Assembly: GCA_002633005.1 (NCBI GenBank)
Contig: NMRA01000007.1
Span: 1,908,569 to 1,972,568 of the forward strand
Direction: 5' to 3'
From: Phoronis australis
Taxonomy: Eukaryota; Animalia; Phoronida
Length of the DNA: 64,000 nt
Under the pieces are notes generated by a model. That model was not told where the DNA came from, did no database searches, and saw only the letters and a list, made by a program, of their open reading frames with translations. Positions 27,001 through 42,000 of the stretch are shown one piece after another. Numbering within the stretch: the first letter of the stretch is position 1; the number at the start of each line of letters is the position of its first letter. Both the position numbers and the translations under genes were made by a program.

Positions 27001-30000
27001 GTATGGTAGCCTAAACTTACCTTAGTAATGACGCAGAGGATTCCGCTATGATATTGCTAGATATACTGAAACCGTCAAATGAAACCATGGAATGTATCGG
27101 TAAATGAAGGGGTCTGAAATGAAAATTTATGACAATAATACATTTTAGAAAACACTAGTCTTTTAATAACTTAAATTAATTTTGTGAAATAGTGAAAAAC
27201 AAGATTGAAATGGACGGGATAAGCCACACTGCACAGAATATAAAGATGTCAACAGTAGCTAGGTATCACCTGGTAGCATAGCTAGGAACACTTTACAAAA
27301 GTTCCAACAGAAGTCTGTTTTATAAACAATTGATGATGACGACATTGAACAGTCACAACTCCCATTTCAAGTACAGTAAAACAATGATGATAGCATCATG
27401 CCAACAAATCCCCAAGTCACAAAGTTTCATTTGATCTCACCTGTAGTCTATACGACAATGAGACAGATGGATGTGTAACTCGGTAACAACAGTTGGAAGA
27501 ACGTATCCCAGGATTTCATAGTCTTTCAGGTCTAAGATGTCCATGGTCTGTGAGAGCCAGCTCCTACCACTGGGCACCATCCTGTGACGGAGGGTACCAC
27601 CATGAACACCAACAGCGATGACGAAGTCCTACAAAAGGAGGCAACATTGTAGCAAGTAATGGCCTTGAAATTATCCGCACACTGGGGTGTGTTCCAAAAT
27701 GAGGCAAGAAAATTTGAGTTTTGGAAGGGAAATATTGAGTTTAATATAATTATGTACTGAGTTTTCTCTCACAATTACAGCCTCGCTAATAAACCAGTGG
27801 TGATTATTTTGACAAAGTTGCCAGTTAACTTGAGTAACACTTCCTTTTCAGTCGCACGATTTTGCATGGTCTTCCATGATCTTGTCAAACTTGCAAGAAA
27901 TTCACTCTACAGAACGAACCCCCAGTGGCAGTTTTGAAGTCTCATGTACACCTGTCAAAACTGACCAGTCACAACTTTTTCTAGGCATTAAGGCAGGTTG
28001 AGATTAAAACTGAAGATTTGAGTTTGCAGTGGAGAACAGTGTGACACAAAATTAACATTTGAATTTATTGGAATTTTACAAAATTCTCTTTTTACAAGAA
28101 CATATACTGTGCGACAATCACATATTTCTTTGTGTTTCACATTGTTTTTCAAATAGAAAACACCCATAGTTTTTTCTTTTCAATGAAATTTTCCTGACAC
28201 AAACTTTAGTCTGTCAAAGGACACACGCCAAAACCATCACATAAACTTCGGTAGATTAAAATTTTTGGTTGAAGGATGCCAAGTGGATTAAAATTGTTAG
28301 TTGAAGGATGCCGAAAGGTACTACTGATTTAAAACAGTATCTCAATGGTGCAAAACAAAATTTGCACGGTCTGATGAAATTGGGCAACTAGGAGATAATG
28401 CATTTGGTGCCAAACAGTTTTTCAATAGAAAAGTTGCATACATCACCAGTTTCTTTTAGAGCAAGTTTTTGTTTGCCCTCTCGACAAAAGATGTGTCATG
28501 TGACATAGTATGATGGTTCTCAAGTTATTGATGACTCATTTACCAGTACTTAGTCATACATTTATTCTGATGGAAGCCAACATACATGTATTGAAATATA
28601 TTTTAGCATCCAAAGTAAGCACAATTCATATATAGTTTTAAAAGTATTGTTAATTGTCTGCAAAGAGAGAAGGCCAATAAATATACGGTGAAAATTCTTC
28701 AATTTCGGACGAAAATAATAGCCAAAACTGCCATATTTCTATTTTTTCTGAGGCTTAATATCAAGTTGTTGAATATGCTAAAAAAATTACCAAATGCTGT
28801 TTGTTAATAGCTATGCCATGCAAAAGATGCTAAGAGAAAGGTAAATTTTCCTGAACAGTCAGTTAATTTTGTTGAGAAATTTGACAAAATGAAATTTCAC
28901 CATTCCACCATGTTGTGTCCCAAACTGAAGAATTTTGTACCCCAACTCAAGGTAATGCTGCATGAGATTCACTATGAATATTCTAATTACTTTAACTCAG
29001 TTAATACCATTTGGTTATTGATTAAAATAAACTAAAAGACATAGCCAGGAGAACCTTTCAAACAGTTAGTGTTCGAGGTTTGAAATTTCACACCAAGAAA
29101 GTTTGAATCTACAATTATAGATAACAGTTAAGACATTACACCGAAAAAGGAATGCTCAGTGAAACAGACCCCATCTCTTCACACTCTGACGTGCTTTTAA
29201 AAGCTACAAAAGAGCCTAACTTCAAGTTTATCAAATCAAAACAAGTTGATATCAGTCAAACACGTTGACGTCTGCTGAACATGTTGACGTCTGCTAAACA
29301 CAGAGGCAGACATCTGCTAAACATGTTGATTGCTAAACGCAGGGCAGGTGCAGAAATAAAAGCAAGACACAGCAACAAAAAACGAAGGAATTGTTAGCAT
29401 ATCTATAATACATACAATACCTTGCGCCTACTAGTGGCAGCTTTAGTTAGTCTGCAGGGTTCCTACGGACACAGAGACTCGTTACATGACTGACAAGTGA
29501 GAAGCCCATGCAAAGTAGAAAAGGCCAACACATGCGCTGTTTCAACCTTGTGTTGTAGTCATTCAAATGCAACTTTCATTAATAATGTTACATACATTGA
29601 AATTTTCATACCCAACTCAAGGGTAACAGACAATCACATGCACAAGCAATTATTTATTTGTAATATGAATCTTCCTCGTGAACTGTTAAATCATCCATAC
29701 AAACTGCAACAAAACACACACGAACGAAAAGCATGCCAACTATGAACTCATTAGCATAAATCATGTGTACACACACACTTGTCATTGGTAGATTCATTAT
29801 CAAAGAATGTACTTCGTACATATGATTTAGTGGATTGTGCAGACGATTTGAGGCTCGTGCGTACAACTGTCTAGTGCCCCTGAAACTAGTACCATTAATA
29901 AATTTTCTTTAGAAATTGTCACTTTTAAAGGTTTACAAATCAATCAGCAAAAAGGAATGTAATAGGAATTGGTGCTCCAGGCAATCAACATTAAGAAAAC

Positions 30001-33000
30001 AAAGCAAATTATCTTCATATATCTAGTAGTGCAGAACCACTTCACCACAAGGATCCCTAAACAGTTTCAAGAAATGAAACGTGCAAGTTCGGTTATCTTT
30101 ATCTTTTAACAAAGAAACTGTTAGTAACTGCACATTCAACATGACAAATTTCAAATTACGTTATCGTGCGGTACGATTTCTTGAGTGCTTTTTAATGTTT
30201 TGCGACAAATTAACATAATACTAAGTTAAGAAGTATGTCACATTCATGCAACCAGCGACAGGAAATGGTAATTTTTTATTTCAATTACTCTAGATTTCAT
30301 ACTACATTTAACCACGTAATTTTTAGGTAGCAAAAAAACAAAACAAGACTGGATTACGTTTCTCCTGAAAAACCAATCTCCAGAACTCCTTTTAAAAGTT
30401 GACGAATCGTGTTATGTTGAATAGCACTGGGTAAACATGCCTAAAGTAAAAATACACAGAAAGACATGAAAAACAGAATACATATTTAGCTAACAAAAAC
30501 TTAAAATTATCGCGACATAACATCTAAAATCTCACCTTTTTATTGGCAGTATACGTTTCACATTTGATTTTGATTGCAACAGACAACATGTCAGTGACAT
30601 CGCCATTGTCCACAGTAGGCTCTATCACAACATCCAAGCTCTTAGGGGGCGCCAGCGTCAGACGTTCCACAATACCTGGACAGGTCGTCGTTGGCAAGCA
30701 GGCTGACAATGAGGAAAATATTAAGTTGTATAACTTGCACAACAGTAGGTACGGTACTATACTAACAATAACGAGTCATCAAACAGAAGTGAAGTAAAAT
30801 CTCGCTAATTTAGGACACAATATGGCCAACAATGAAATTAAATTTCGTTTTTTCATACTTTTTCATGAAAGATTAGTGACACCAAATAAATGCTGTATCA
30901 CATTAAACAATCTAAACCATGACTATCATCTGACAATGATACTGAGAAATTGTGAGAATTCACAACAATGACACAAGCTTTTGAAAATGACCAAAGATTA
31001 ATTTTGGCAATAATTTTTGTCCAAAAATGGCAAGATTTTACCATAAGTCCACCTTCTTAAAACTAAAATTTTTATGTCAAAAATGTCACAAAACACTTGG
31101 AACTTTAAGGTGCTAAACAGTGCTAATTTTGAGTTAGTGGCTGCAACTCTACACCAACGAACTCTGCTCATTCCACAGTGATAAGAAGTGTAACTAAGAA
31201 ATGCTAACTAACCGTATTAAAGAAACAAAACAAAGGTTCCACCCTAAAAACACGAACCAAAACTGTGGTTTCCAAAGGTCTCACATTGGTGGCTTTAAGC
31301 GTAACTTATCAACTCACGTGCATGATACAGTGTAGTCCTCCTAGCTAAGATGCAGAGGTACGACAAATCTGGGTCACCGTCGTGGCAGACGACAGTGAAT
31401 ATGCTGCCATCTGTCACCTCTAATAGAACTTCACCGTGCTCAACAGATTGCAGGGACCCGTCTTTGGCCTAGTGGGCAATATATACACAGTTAAAGCACA
31501 AGAAAAGGAAAGGACTCAATACATGTACTACACATTTTGAGAATAGTTATGCCAATACATGACAGTGATATGATAATCGGACAATTTTTACCCTTTCAGT
31601 AACACATCTGGCAAGTAGATGTGTTAGGCCCCCTATTTCCAAAAATACTGTCACTCCTCCACTTGAGGAAAGCAGAACATGAACAGTAACCAGAACACAA
31701 TATTTCAGGCTAAGTACAGCATGCCAGTAACCTTGCAAGCTGCCCAACGTTGAGCCCATGAGTACATTACATGAAAAGTGACTCAGGACTTAAGGCAGAA
31801 ATTTGGTGTTACACTCCCACTTCACAAATTCACAAATAAGGTTTATTCATTTATTTATTAGCATATCACTGCCTGGAAATAATTTGTACAAATTTTATCA
31901 GTAATTAACAATGATCGGTATATTCTCGGATACGTTATTCTTTTGCTTAGGTGAGTTTAAATTATTTTTCAGGAATAGTTGCGTGGAGCATAAGACCAAA
32001 TTTTCCTCTTACGCCCTAAGACCCCATCTCATTCACTTTCTATGATGGTGACAGGGGTGACATTAAGATGTCTAACTAAATACCAAGAGCTATAATGCGT
32101 CAAATTTAGGATGCGCGCAGAGAAGATCCCAATCCAGGTTTCAAATCATGCCGAAGACAATGGTAAGGCAATGTACCTGTCTGAGGACTATTAAACAGCT
32201 CATCCTGACAAGTAGTGTCGACTAATGAGACATACCTTCAGTGAATTCCTCGCGCCAACTTTACCATTGGCAATTTTGACACTAACACAGACTTTGCTTT
32301 GTTGGCGGACCTGGCTTTGAGGACGTGCCTTCTTATGGCGACGGTCATGGATAGAATACACAATATCATCCTCCGACTCTGAGCTTGACTCTACAGAACA
32401 GTAGATGAAAGAAGTGCAATGAATTAGATCCTACTCGGAAAGAAATCAAGCTAGAGATTCTAAGACTTTCCAGACTTGTCACACAATATTCCTGACATCA
32501 AAGATGAAGCTTTTATGTTTACTCTCAGTTTAACTGCACAGCACTTGTGATAAAGGAGCAAAGAAATCTGTTTGAACAAATGGCAATTGGTTTATGAAAC
32601 ACTTAGCAACATCCTATATCTTACCATACAAACACCAGATAATGAAAACTAACAGAATAATTATTTTCTCTCCATAAAATATAAAAATGTAGACCATATA
32701 CTGATACTTGTGTTAGAAATGTTCAAGACCCTCTCCAGTCAAGTTTTATAAAAATTTAAACCTTTTCCAGGTAGAACTGTTGACCTCATGTCACATATTT
32801 CAAGCTGCACAATGCAGATCATACTTGCAGGTTCCCTGAACAATTTTCGAATACACTTCGAAATTTCTAAACCTAGAAAAAGTCTTCCAGCTGGCTAACT
32901 TTAATAAAAAGAATAAAAATGGTTTATGACCTGCGATCAAATGACTGGAGCAGAAGCAACAACAGAAAAACTAACCCTCCATATTTATTCCTGACTTGCA

Positions 33001-36000
33001 AATGAAAAACCTGTCCATGCCAACAGAGAGGTTACTTAACAATTGCCCGGCCGAGTTTAGGTCTGCAGGGGGCATGCGAAACAGACTGAACTGATCCTGA
33101 GTAACCAATGGCGATGGCACGAGAGACTCCCATAGCAACAGGTCATTGTTTAACCTGTATTAGGTAAAGATTGAAACTGACAAGTTTGATTAAAACAACT
33201 TGTAGACATCAATGGACACTGATAGATATACGCAGTGAATCACACAAGAATATACAGTAATTCTTCACTTACACAATATGGCCGACAAATGAAATTCTAT
33301 TTTAATTTCATCACTTATTTAGCACACAACATAGCTGACAAATGAACTTCTATTTTGTCAAATTTCTAAACAAAAATATTGATTAAGAAAATTTCAGTCT
33401 ATTACCAGCAGTGTTTGTACTGTGTAGATGTCACAAAACAACTTTGATAAATTTTCCAATACTTCCAGCTTTTGAAAACTGGAATATAGCAATTTTAGTA
33501 AAAACACCTATGTCAGAACCAAGTATAAAGCAGAGCGCAAGTAAATGTACTGCTGCAGTACTTTGTCAATTAAGTCAGAGAATTTTTGTTATGCAAAGAA
33601 TCTGATTGACTCAAGTTTAACTGATTGAATATTTATAAGCAGTGATTTTGAAACTTGAGGTAAGCGGCTTCTTTCGTTACTAGTGATCAACCTTCTCGAA
33701 TACCTCTTTACATATTAATTGTAGACACATAAAACTGCAATGCTCGTCACCAAAGCAACCTCGGATTGTGTTTGGTGACCTGGGAAAAAATCCCAAATCA
33801 CCACTAAGTTACCGCATGATTATTACCAATTATTATTCAAAATTCTATTGTTTTTTACCGATTGTAAATGAGCTCAACAAAGTTGTCATCGGGAAACGCA
33901 ATGTTGACACATGGTAGCGTGAACTCCAGCACCATCTTTGTGTTGCTTTCAGCATAATTCTGGAACGTTGTCATCTCCATTCTGTCGCCAGCCATGACCA
34001 TCTGCACGACAAACGACCAATATCGGTTGGACAAATATTTCTCGTAGCCGTAAGCAAAACTAAGTCTGGAGATCTAATAATTTGGCTGCTCTATAAGCTT
34101 CATTTATTTAGCTCCAGCTTTGGAGCTTTAGGTCATGTGAAACTAGGAAAGTGTAAGAATTTAGGAAACTTTGGAACATTATATCTCAGAAATGACTGGC
34201 CAGATTCAAATGAAACTTTCAGAGACTGTACTTTATGCACTGTTCTCCAAAATGCTATTAGAATTTTTTCAAAATGGCCCAATTTTGCATGAAAGGCTAA
34301 AAAATAACACTATTAAATTTCGATCAAAAACTTGTGTTTCTGAAAAGAAAAACAAAATAATTTAGAAAATTTTTAAATTATTTTTCACCTTGGACATTTA
34401 TATCAAAAGAATTTTGCTATCTAATTATTTTGCTATAAACCTTCCATTCCTTTTTTCTAAATTTTTTTGAAGACAAGGTCACATGACCTAATTAATTGCA
34501 GACCAGTATAAGGTCAAAAATCAAATTCTACAGGCCGTCTCCTGTCAGAAAATGATACTTTTATTGAGGTAAATCCTATAGTTCTTTACATATTTGGCTA
34601 AAAGCACAGACTTGCCGAAAAGGTTACATGTAACCTTAGTTTAAAGAATACTTCAGCACAGCTTACTACATCATTAGAGTACCAAGTTCTATCAGTAGCC
34701 CCTGTCCTTGGACTGGAGTTTAACACCTGTACTGCCCTGAACGACCCTTTTGAAAATGTAAATTAAGATTAGATTTCATAGATAAATCAAAACAATCGTT
34801 ATTCCTCTCCACTACGCTTTACCTCTTCATTGTCATACATGACTTTCTTATTGGAGAAAGGTGAGGCTTCAGATTTGGCAAATTGACAGGCACCGTTCAG
34901 TGAGTCGGCCTGAACTGAGTCGAAGTTGTCTTCTTCCACATCTTCCAAGACTGAGTGCTGCTGAGCGTAGGTTTTGATCATGAGCCTGAAGAAAAATTGA
35001 GTTCTAGTAAACTACCAGAGATTTCTTTACGCAAGTCTGGGGTCTGATTCGTGTAAAGTGACTTACGACTTAAGAGAGAAAATTGGTCATACGGTCCCAC
35101 CTCACAATTACTGAATAAAAACTTTGTCATGTTATTATGAGCTCATAACAACCGCAAAACTGTTAATACGAATAATGTCAGTAACTGGAAGTAATGAGTA
35201 TATTCTCAGAGACTTTGCGTATTTTTTGCTACAAAAGGGATTTATTTATTTCTCAAAACTAGTTGTGTGGAGTATACGACCAAGTCTCTGAAACAGACCC
35301 CCCTAGCACATAGCTTTTCGTAGTTAGCAGGTGGCATTTTAGAGGTCAAAAGTCAAATCCAAACATATCCCCAGAGTTTATCAGTGCTGAATATACAACC
35401 CACATACTATAGTTGGTGCTAAAATAGAAAAATCCACTAAAATTTTCTTGAAAATAATACTGTAACATTAATTGTTCATCAATAAAAGAATTAAAGTTAC
35501 ATTTAATATGATAGCGGCAGACAAAAACAAGCTAACTTTGAAGTAAGATAGAATAAGAGTGAATGCTTTCCTAAGCCAAAAGTAACACCTATGAGCTCCA
35601 TTATGACCATACAAAACAAGAAGTGTTAAACAGTTTGGTTAAAGGATTTGAGGTTCATTTGCAACAAGTGAAATTTTATTTACCAAATTTATTTCATCAA
35701 AGATGAAGATTACTAGCATGATTTGTGTAAATGTCATAAAACAACGTTGTGTAAGTAATATGTAGCAAAGTAAACGACCTTTGAAAAAACGCGAAGTATC
35801 GGAGAATTACTTTAAGTGTTTTTAACAGGTAACATCCGAGGATAGCTCTAGTCATAGATATTGGGTACTGGGAAAAATGACCTAGTATTGGCCGACACAA
35901 ACTAAACATTCAAAGAAAATGAGTTCAGCTGCAGGCCTAATTTGAAATACATATAAATACATATATGCCAACAAGCTCAAGCTAAACAGCAATGATTTAC

Positions 36001-39000
36001 ACCAAACTGATTGAAACGGTCTTGAAATACAGATAACTATTAGCCCGTCATTTCATCTTGAATGACAACTTCACCCAGTATTCACAGAAAATAGTCAAGT
36101 TGCCAACCTTGGCCAATCAAAACCTTTCTCTTTGTCTGAGAATCCATTGCCGGGCAAGCCTTCAGAGACCATAGCGAATGATATCGGGTCTTCGTTGGGA
36201 TTTAGTTGAAACAAGCCTGCAACGTAGTCACATCCTTCACCAGTTTATCAGGAAAAAACAGTGTTCGAATGACTGCAGTGTAACTTGAAATGGTGACACA
36301 AACACACAGTTTGTAGGTTCTCGCTTACAACAAATGACAGCAAAAATTAGACGTCATCTACTTGTTAAAATAAGCAAGATAAATGCTCATCAGTATATGC
36401 TCATTTTAATTGACTGAAACTTGACCGATTAAAAAAAGGATATTTCACTAAAAACATCTCTTGGTGACCAAAAACCATCTTTAATTCAAAAAAAGACACG
36501 GCTTAAGTAATTAATCTTGGCAGCTAATTTTTATGCACAATCACCACTGAAACTGCTATGTTTAATTTACTAAATAATTACGAAGACAACACTGGAAGGG
36601 TTTAAGAATGATCACATTACACAAAACAATAAAAATAAATATTTTTTCTGAAAAAGCAATGATTCAAAAAGTCTTTGAGGTGAGTAACCAGACTTGTGAC
36701 CAAATACCCTTCAACCATTATAAAACTCCACCTACCATGTATTTGCCTACATATGATCTCATAACTACTGGTCAGTTCACTACTACCCAGTTCCGTCTTA
36801 AAGTCAAGGTCATTGACCTCCAGGATCAGTATTTCCTGTCGTAAATCCTTGACCCACCAGGGACGACGGTCTTTTCCGCTACGCAAGTCTGGTACTGGGA
36901 ATCTAGTTCAAAATACAACACAGTACAATAAAAACTTACAAACAGATAAATACAACACAATGTAATACAAAACTTGCAAACAGATAAATACAGCAATACT
37001 ATGCAGAACTTACAAACAGATAAAATACAACACAACACAAAACTCACACAGATCAATACAACACAATACAATACATAACTTACAGTCAGATAACTAAGCT
37101 CCACAAAAAGACGGTCTTATCAATACATAATAATCACATTGTATTTTCAGAAAATGTCAAAGGTCCCTTTTATCTTAAGTCAGGAAATTCTACAAGTTTG
37201 TCCCACGTATGGTTTTTCTCCTATTTAGCCCACAATACTGTGGAAGGGTGATTCAATCTATAAAATGATACACTGGGGCTAAAGCAATAAAAAGCTGACA
37301 ATTTTAATCATATTACGGTGCACCTTTGAACAGTACATGGACTAAATAAAACATTTATTCATTTATTTACTCAGACTTTTTACTACCATTAGCTTAACCC
37401 AGTGAGAAACTGAAGGCAATAACTATAATAATTGTGTTTACAAGATAAAAACAAACTAACACTCAATATTTGTTTTGATAAACTTTCACATGTGAAACCA
37501 GTCAAACATTACCTGATGTTAAGAGTTGCTTTCTCTGAACTAATTGACAATGATGTTTTTTGGTCATTTACTTCATCAATGACCTGATTAAACAAGCCCT
37601 GATCTGACTGTAAAGAAACAAAAAGAATATGCATGACAAATTTATCCTATGCTACATTATTATGTAATCATTTATTATCCATTTTCCCATATGGCTGTGC
37701 AACGATGAAATACACCAAGTCACCAGATGGCAGTAGGGTAGTTGATGGACAATGTTTTGTATTGTTGTGTTGATTTCATGCAGTGACAGATTTCCCAATG
37801 TTTTTTAAAAATCCTTTGCAGCCATCATGTTATTAAACAATTTGACACAAAAATGTCCAATGTATCAAAATGTCCATGAACGAAAGAAATTGCATTTTGT
37901 CACCTGTCAACTTGGCAGGTCACCAGAAATAAAATTTGGTCGAGCAAAAGATGCTTTTGTGCTCTCGCAATGCTCAAGAGTTGCATCTACAACATAAATT
38001 CTCCAATTTGGGCCAGTCCCTAGAATTTGGGACAAATAAACTCCTGCAAAAATTGAAATTTTTCGATTTTTGAATTTGGGATTAAGGCGATTTTAACATT
38101 TCTCAAAATTCGGACAATGTGTTTTTAATGTACAGAATGGTAATTTTGCATCTTTACGGTGATTCTTGAATTTGGGACACTAATATTGCCTATTTCTAGA
38201 ATTTTGGACAAGCTGTGTCCACGAGCAAAATAATTAGTTTTCCACTGTCTCAAATTGGAGAATTGTTACCATAGAACATTTTCTGTTGAACAAGTGAAAT
38301 TATTAAAAGACTTCATAAACCATTAGCCCGTCGAACTGGCTGAATATTCAAGTTCTAATGAATAGGAATGGAATCATTTTAATGTCTGAATAGAATGAGA
38401 GCAAGAATCAGTTCATCAGTATGCAGGCATTTGTTGACTAACAGCCCCATTTATGCAAACAGGACCATTGTCTTACTAACGCCACCAAGTGAGTCCCGAG
38501 TCGACCATTCTTGTATGATGTTGAAAATTAATTGCAAATTCTGTGTACAGAAGGTGCACACCTTACTCACACGAGATTGATGTTCGACAGTATTCAATAA
38601 TTAAGACTGAATTGCAGCCATATGACCAAAAAGCATACCAGAAGGTTGGAGTCAGGGTCCAGATGAGTATGCTGTCCCTGATAGGAGTGCCCCCTATTAG
38701 TAAATGGCCTGGAGTATAGCAGGGCATTGATGCGGTCGACGAGACTGACGTCGATTTCACTCTGGCATTGCTGCAACGTCACGTTGACCTTAGTCTCCAT
38801 CGTCTGATGCGAGTCGCTGCGTGAACCCTATGACATAAGACAACAATGAAATATTACTGAAATATGACAGCAAAATCTCATCAATTTTTTAAAAAAAATT
38901 ACATTACTGCAAAATTTGGCACTCATTCGTTTTTTTCAAGGCCCCCCTTCCTCTACCCATGTGTGTCCTTCCAGCAGTTATGGGATAACTTAAACCGGCA

Positions 39001-42000
39001 GGAACAGTGACTCATGCGACTGTTCACGTGATTGGCATTTTTGCTACTGGCAAAAGGGCCAGCACATATGGCAGCATTTTAGCCAATTCCTTAAACGTAA
39101 CAGCTTTGACTGTGCTCTGCCCACATTTGGTAAATTAAAGCTGTAGACCTTATTCATGCAGTCAACATTTTAAAAGTGAGCCTCTTTTTAGGTTTAAAAA
39201 CAAAACATTTTAGACATAAATATTAACGAGGCATGTGAAAAAATCACGCTTTGCACTGCGATTAAGCGCGGAATGCATTCCTTTTAAAACCAAAGAAGAG
39301 GCTCACGTTTAAAATGCCGACAGCATGAATGAGGTGTATAAGCAACATTGGCAGACAGTCATAGTCAACATGATTACAACAGAAAACTCAGATAAAGCAT
39401 CTTACATAGCTTGTAAAATTCACTGTTGACCATATTTTATGATAACAATTAACAAGAAACTGTTTTGGAAAAATAAATTGACAGCAAAACAACAGAATTA
39501 ATAACCTGACCTGATTTCCATTGATTAATATTCAAGATCAAACCTCAAAAATGCTGCCACAGTTTCCAAAATTATGTTTTATTTTTGTTTGGATTTCTTT
39601 ATGGAGGAACAATGGGGCTGAAAATCTGCCTTCCACCACAATTTGAACCACTTTCAATTATCAAATTGGTCTCAAATTGACTTCAAGGTTTTGAAAGACC
39701 TGACAGTTCATTACTGCTTGAGACGAGGCTCTACAAGTGTTATTTCACCTGCCGATCACGGTCTCAAGAAATAACAAACTGTAAGTTCTCTGGAAACTCA
39801 GAAATCATTTCTCATCTGATTAGGAATAAGTGAAGCCCATTTTATAGTGGTGCGTGGCTCAAATAAAACTTTCGCTACATGTTCAACAGATACAAACAGA
39901 GGATATCAACAGATACACAAAGAGATAGATCATATCAACAGATACACAAAGAGATAGATCATATCAACAGATACACAAACAGACAGACTATATAAACAGA
40001 AGACAATATCATCATATACACAGACATACAATATCATAAGATGCACAGACAGATGATTTCAACAGATGCACAAACAAACAATCAATATCAACAGATACAC
40101 AAACTGATGGACAAAATCAACAGATACACAAACAGACAGAAAAGATTGACAGAGAAACAGCATAAGACAAAAAGAGTTGTTCCCAAAGGTCTCATTATGA
40201 ATATGTATTCAAAAAGGTGAAAATGCACATATGAAGACTTCAAAAATTCACATTGGTTTTCACACAAATGAATGTAAAACAGTATATTTACATACATGTC
40301 TCATCTTCTCAAATGAGCTTAATTCAATTTTCAGACACGGCGCTGTAGAACCAGTATTGCTATAGAGTGAGGCATACATGGACGTCTTAGTGTCGGGCAC
40401 TTGACTGGTAAAGGTCAACAGCTGAAATAAAGACATCACCTGAATAATTTACACTGAAGCGTAGACACTGGGCCTATGGAATGAGAGATTTTCAGTGAAC
40501 AATGGAAGCTGATCACATGGGACCAGTAACTCTTATCGCCACCTGGCAGTACCAGGAGATACTTCTTCACAGCTGATGGCACAGAGGGACATGGTGACTT
40601 CGGGAAATGACCACTTTTACAGTGAATGTGAATACCGACATGTTTTTAAAAAGTCAGCATTATAATTTTTGGGTAAACTTTTCCAGACAAAAGTACTAAT
40701 ACGGGTCACATTTTGAACCCTCTTTCAATAGGCAATTCAATAGTATACACAATTCTTGGTATAAACATGGGTTGCATATTTTAAATTGGCCTGCTATAAA
40801 TATCGCCCCAGATTTGGAAGCCCAGCCACACCCCATTCCAGACGCAACACAAAATCTCTTCAGCTAGGGGAGTTCTTATAGCTAATTAGAAACTTGCAGT
40901 TTAACAACAAATTCAACAAATCTAACAAATTTTCAATGGCTTCTAATTTCATTTATGCCCACATTTTGTTCATAATATTGCCTGTTGGCAGGTAAGGTAC
41001 AGAGCTTGGATAAGGCAAAACATCATTTTTGTGCTGTACATCATTTATGACAAGAATGAGAAAATAGTTGACATACTGAGTACTAATTTGGTGATATTTT
41101 ACCATAATAAATGTTCAGTGGTGTGTTGGTGACATTCTTCCATACAGTTTAATGTGTACCAGTACTGACCGTGCAAGTCTGAACAGTATAACGTGTACCA
41201 CTACTGACTGCGCAAGTTTGAACAATTCCACCTTCAAATTCATTCAATTTTAGGGTTTACTTCACGGCTTAAAAGACATTAACATTTTTTTTCATTTTCT
41301 GTCTCTATTTGTTGACAAAGGACGTTATTACATCGGAAAATTTCAGTTGATCCATTCTTGTTGTTTTATTTACCTATTTATATTTTGCATCAAACAAATT
41401 CTTTTATCAAAAAAATTGTAATTTAGTTTGATAATAAGCCCAACTAGCTAAACATGAATGAATTTTAGTGAGCTCAGAATGGAATAGATGTCCCAAAAAC
41501 AAAAGAACATTCTTTGAAAATGCCAACTATATCAGAAAAAAACAGACTAAAATTCAATGTATAACCTGATAAATGTTCTACAACAGACAATTAAAATATT
41601 GAATATCATCAGCATTTTTTATTTCTATCAGGTATCAAAGAGTCTTTTATGTTACCATAGGCCAAGAAAAATTATGGGTTAACTTTATAGAACTCTATGG
41701 AACTATAAAATCTCATGATTGTAAGAGCTGCACGTTTCTTTTAATCAAATCCATGACTCAAATGTTGACAAGACAACAAGAAACAAACAAAAACTTATTA
41801 TAACTAGCAGGAACAACACAGCAATTTGCTGAATTGAATAACAGGGATTGTAGAGACCTCCTACTGACCCATAATACAGAGCTACTATTGGCTGAATTCA
41901 ATGGCCCCTTCTCCAAATTAGGACATGCTTGACCTGTTTACCCAATATGGAGTATGGAATGTGATGTCACAACAGTTGTTGACTCATCACAGGTAGGCAC

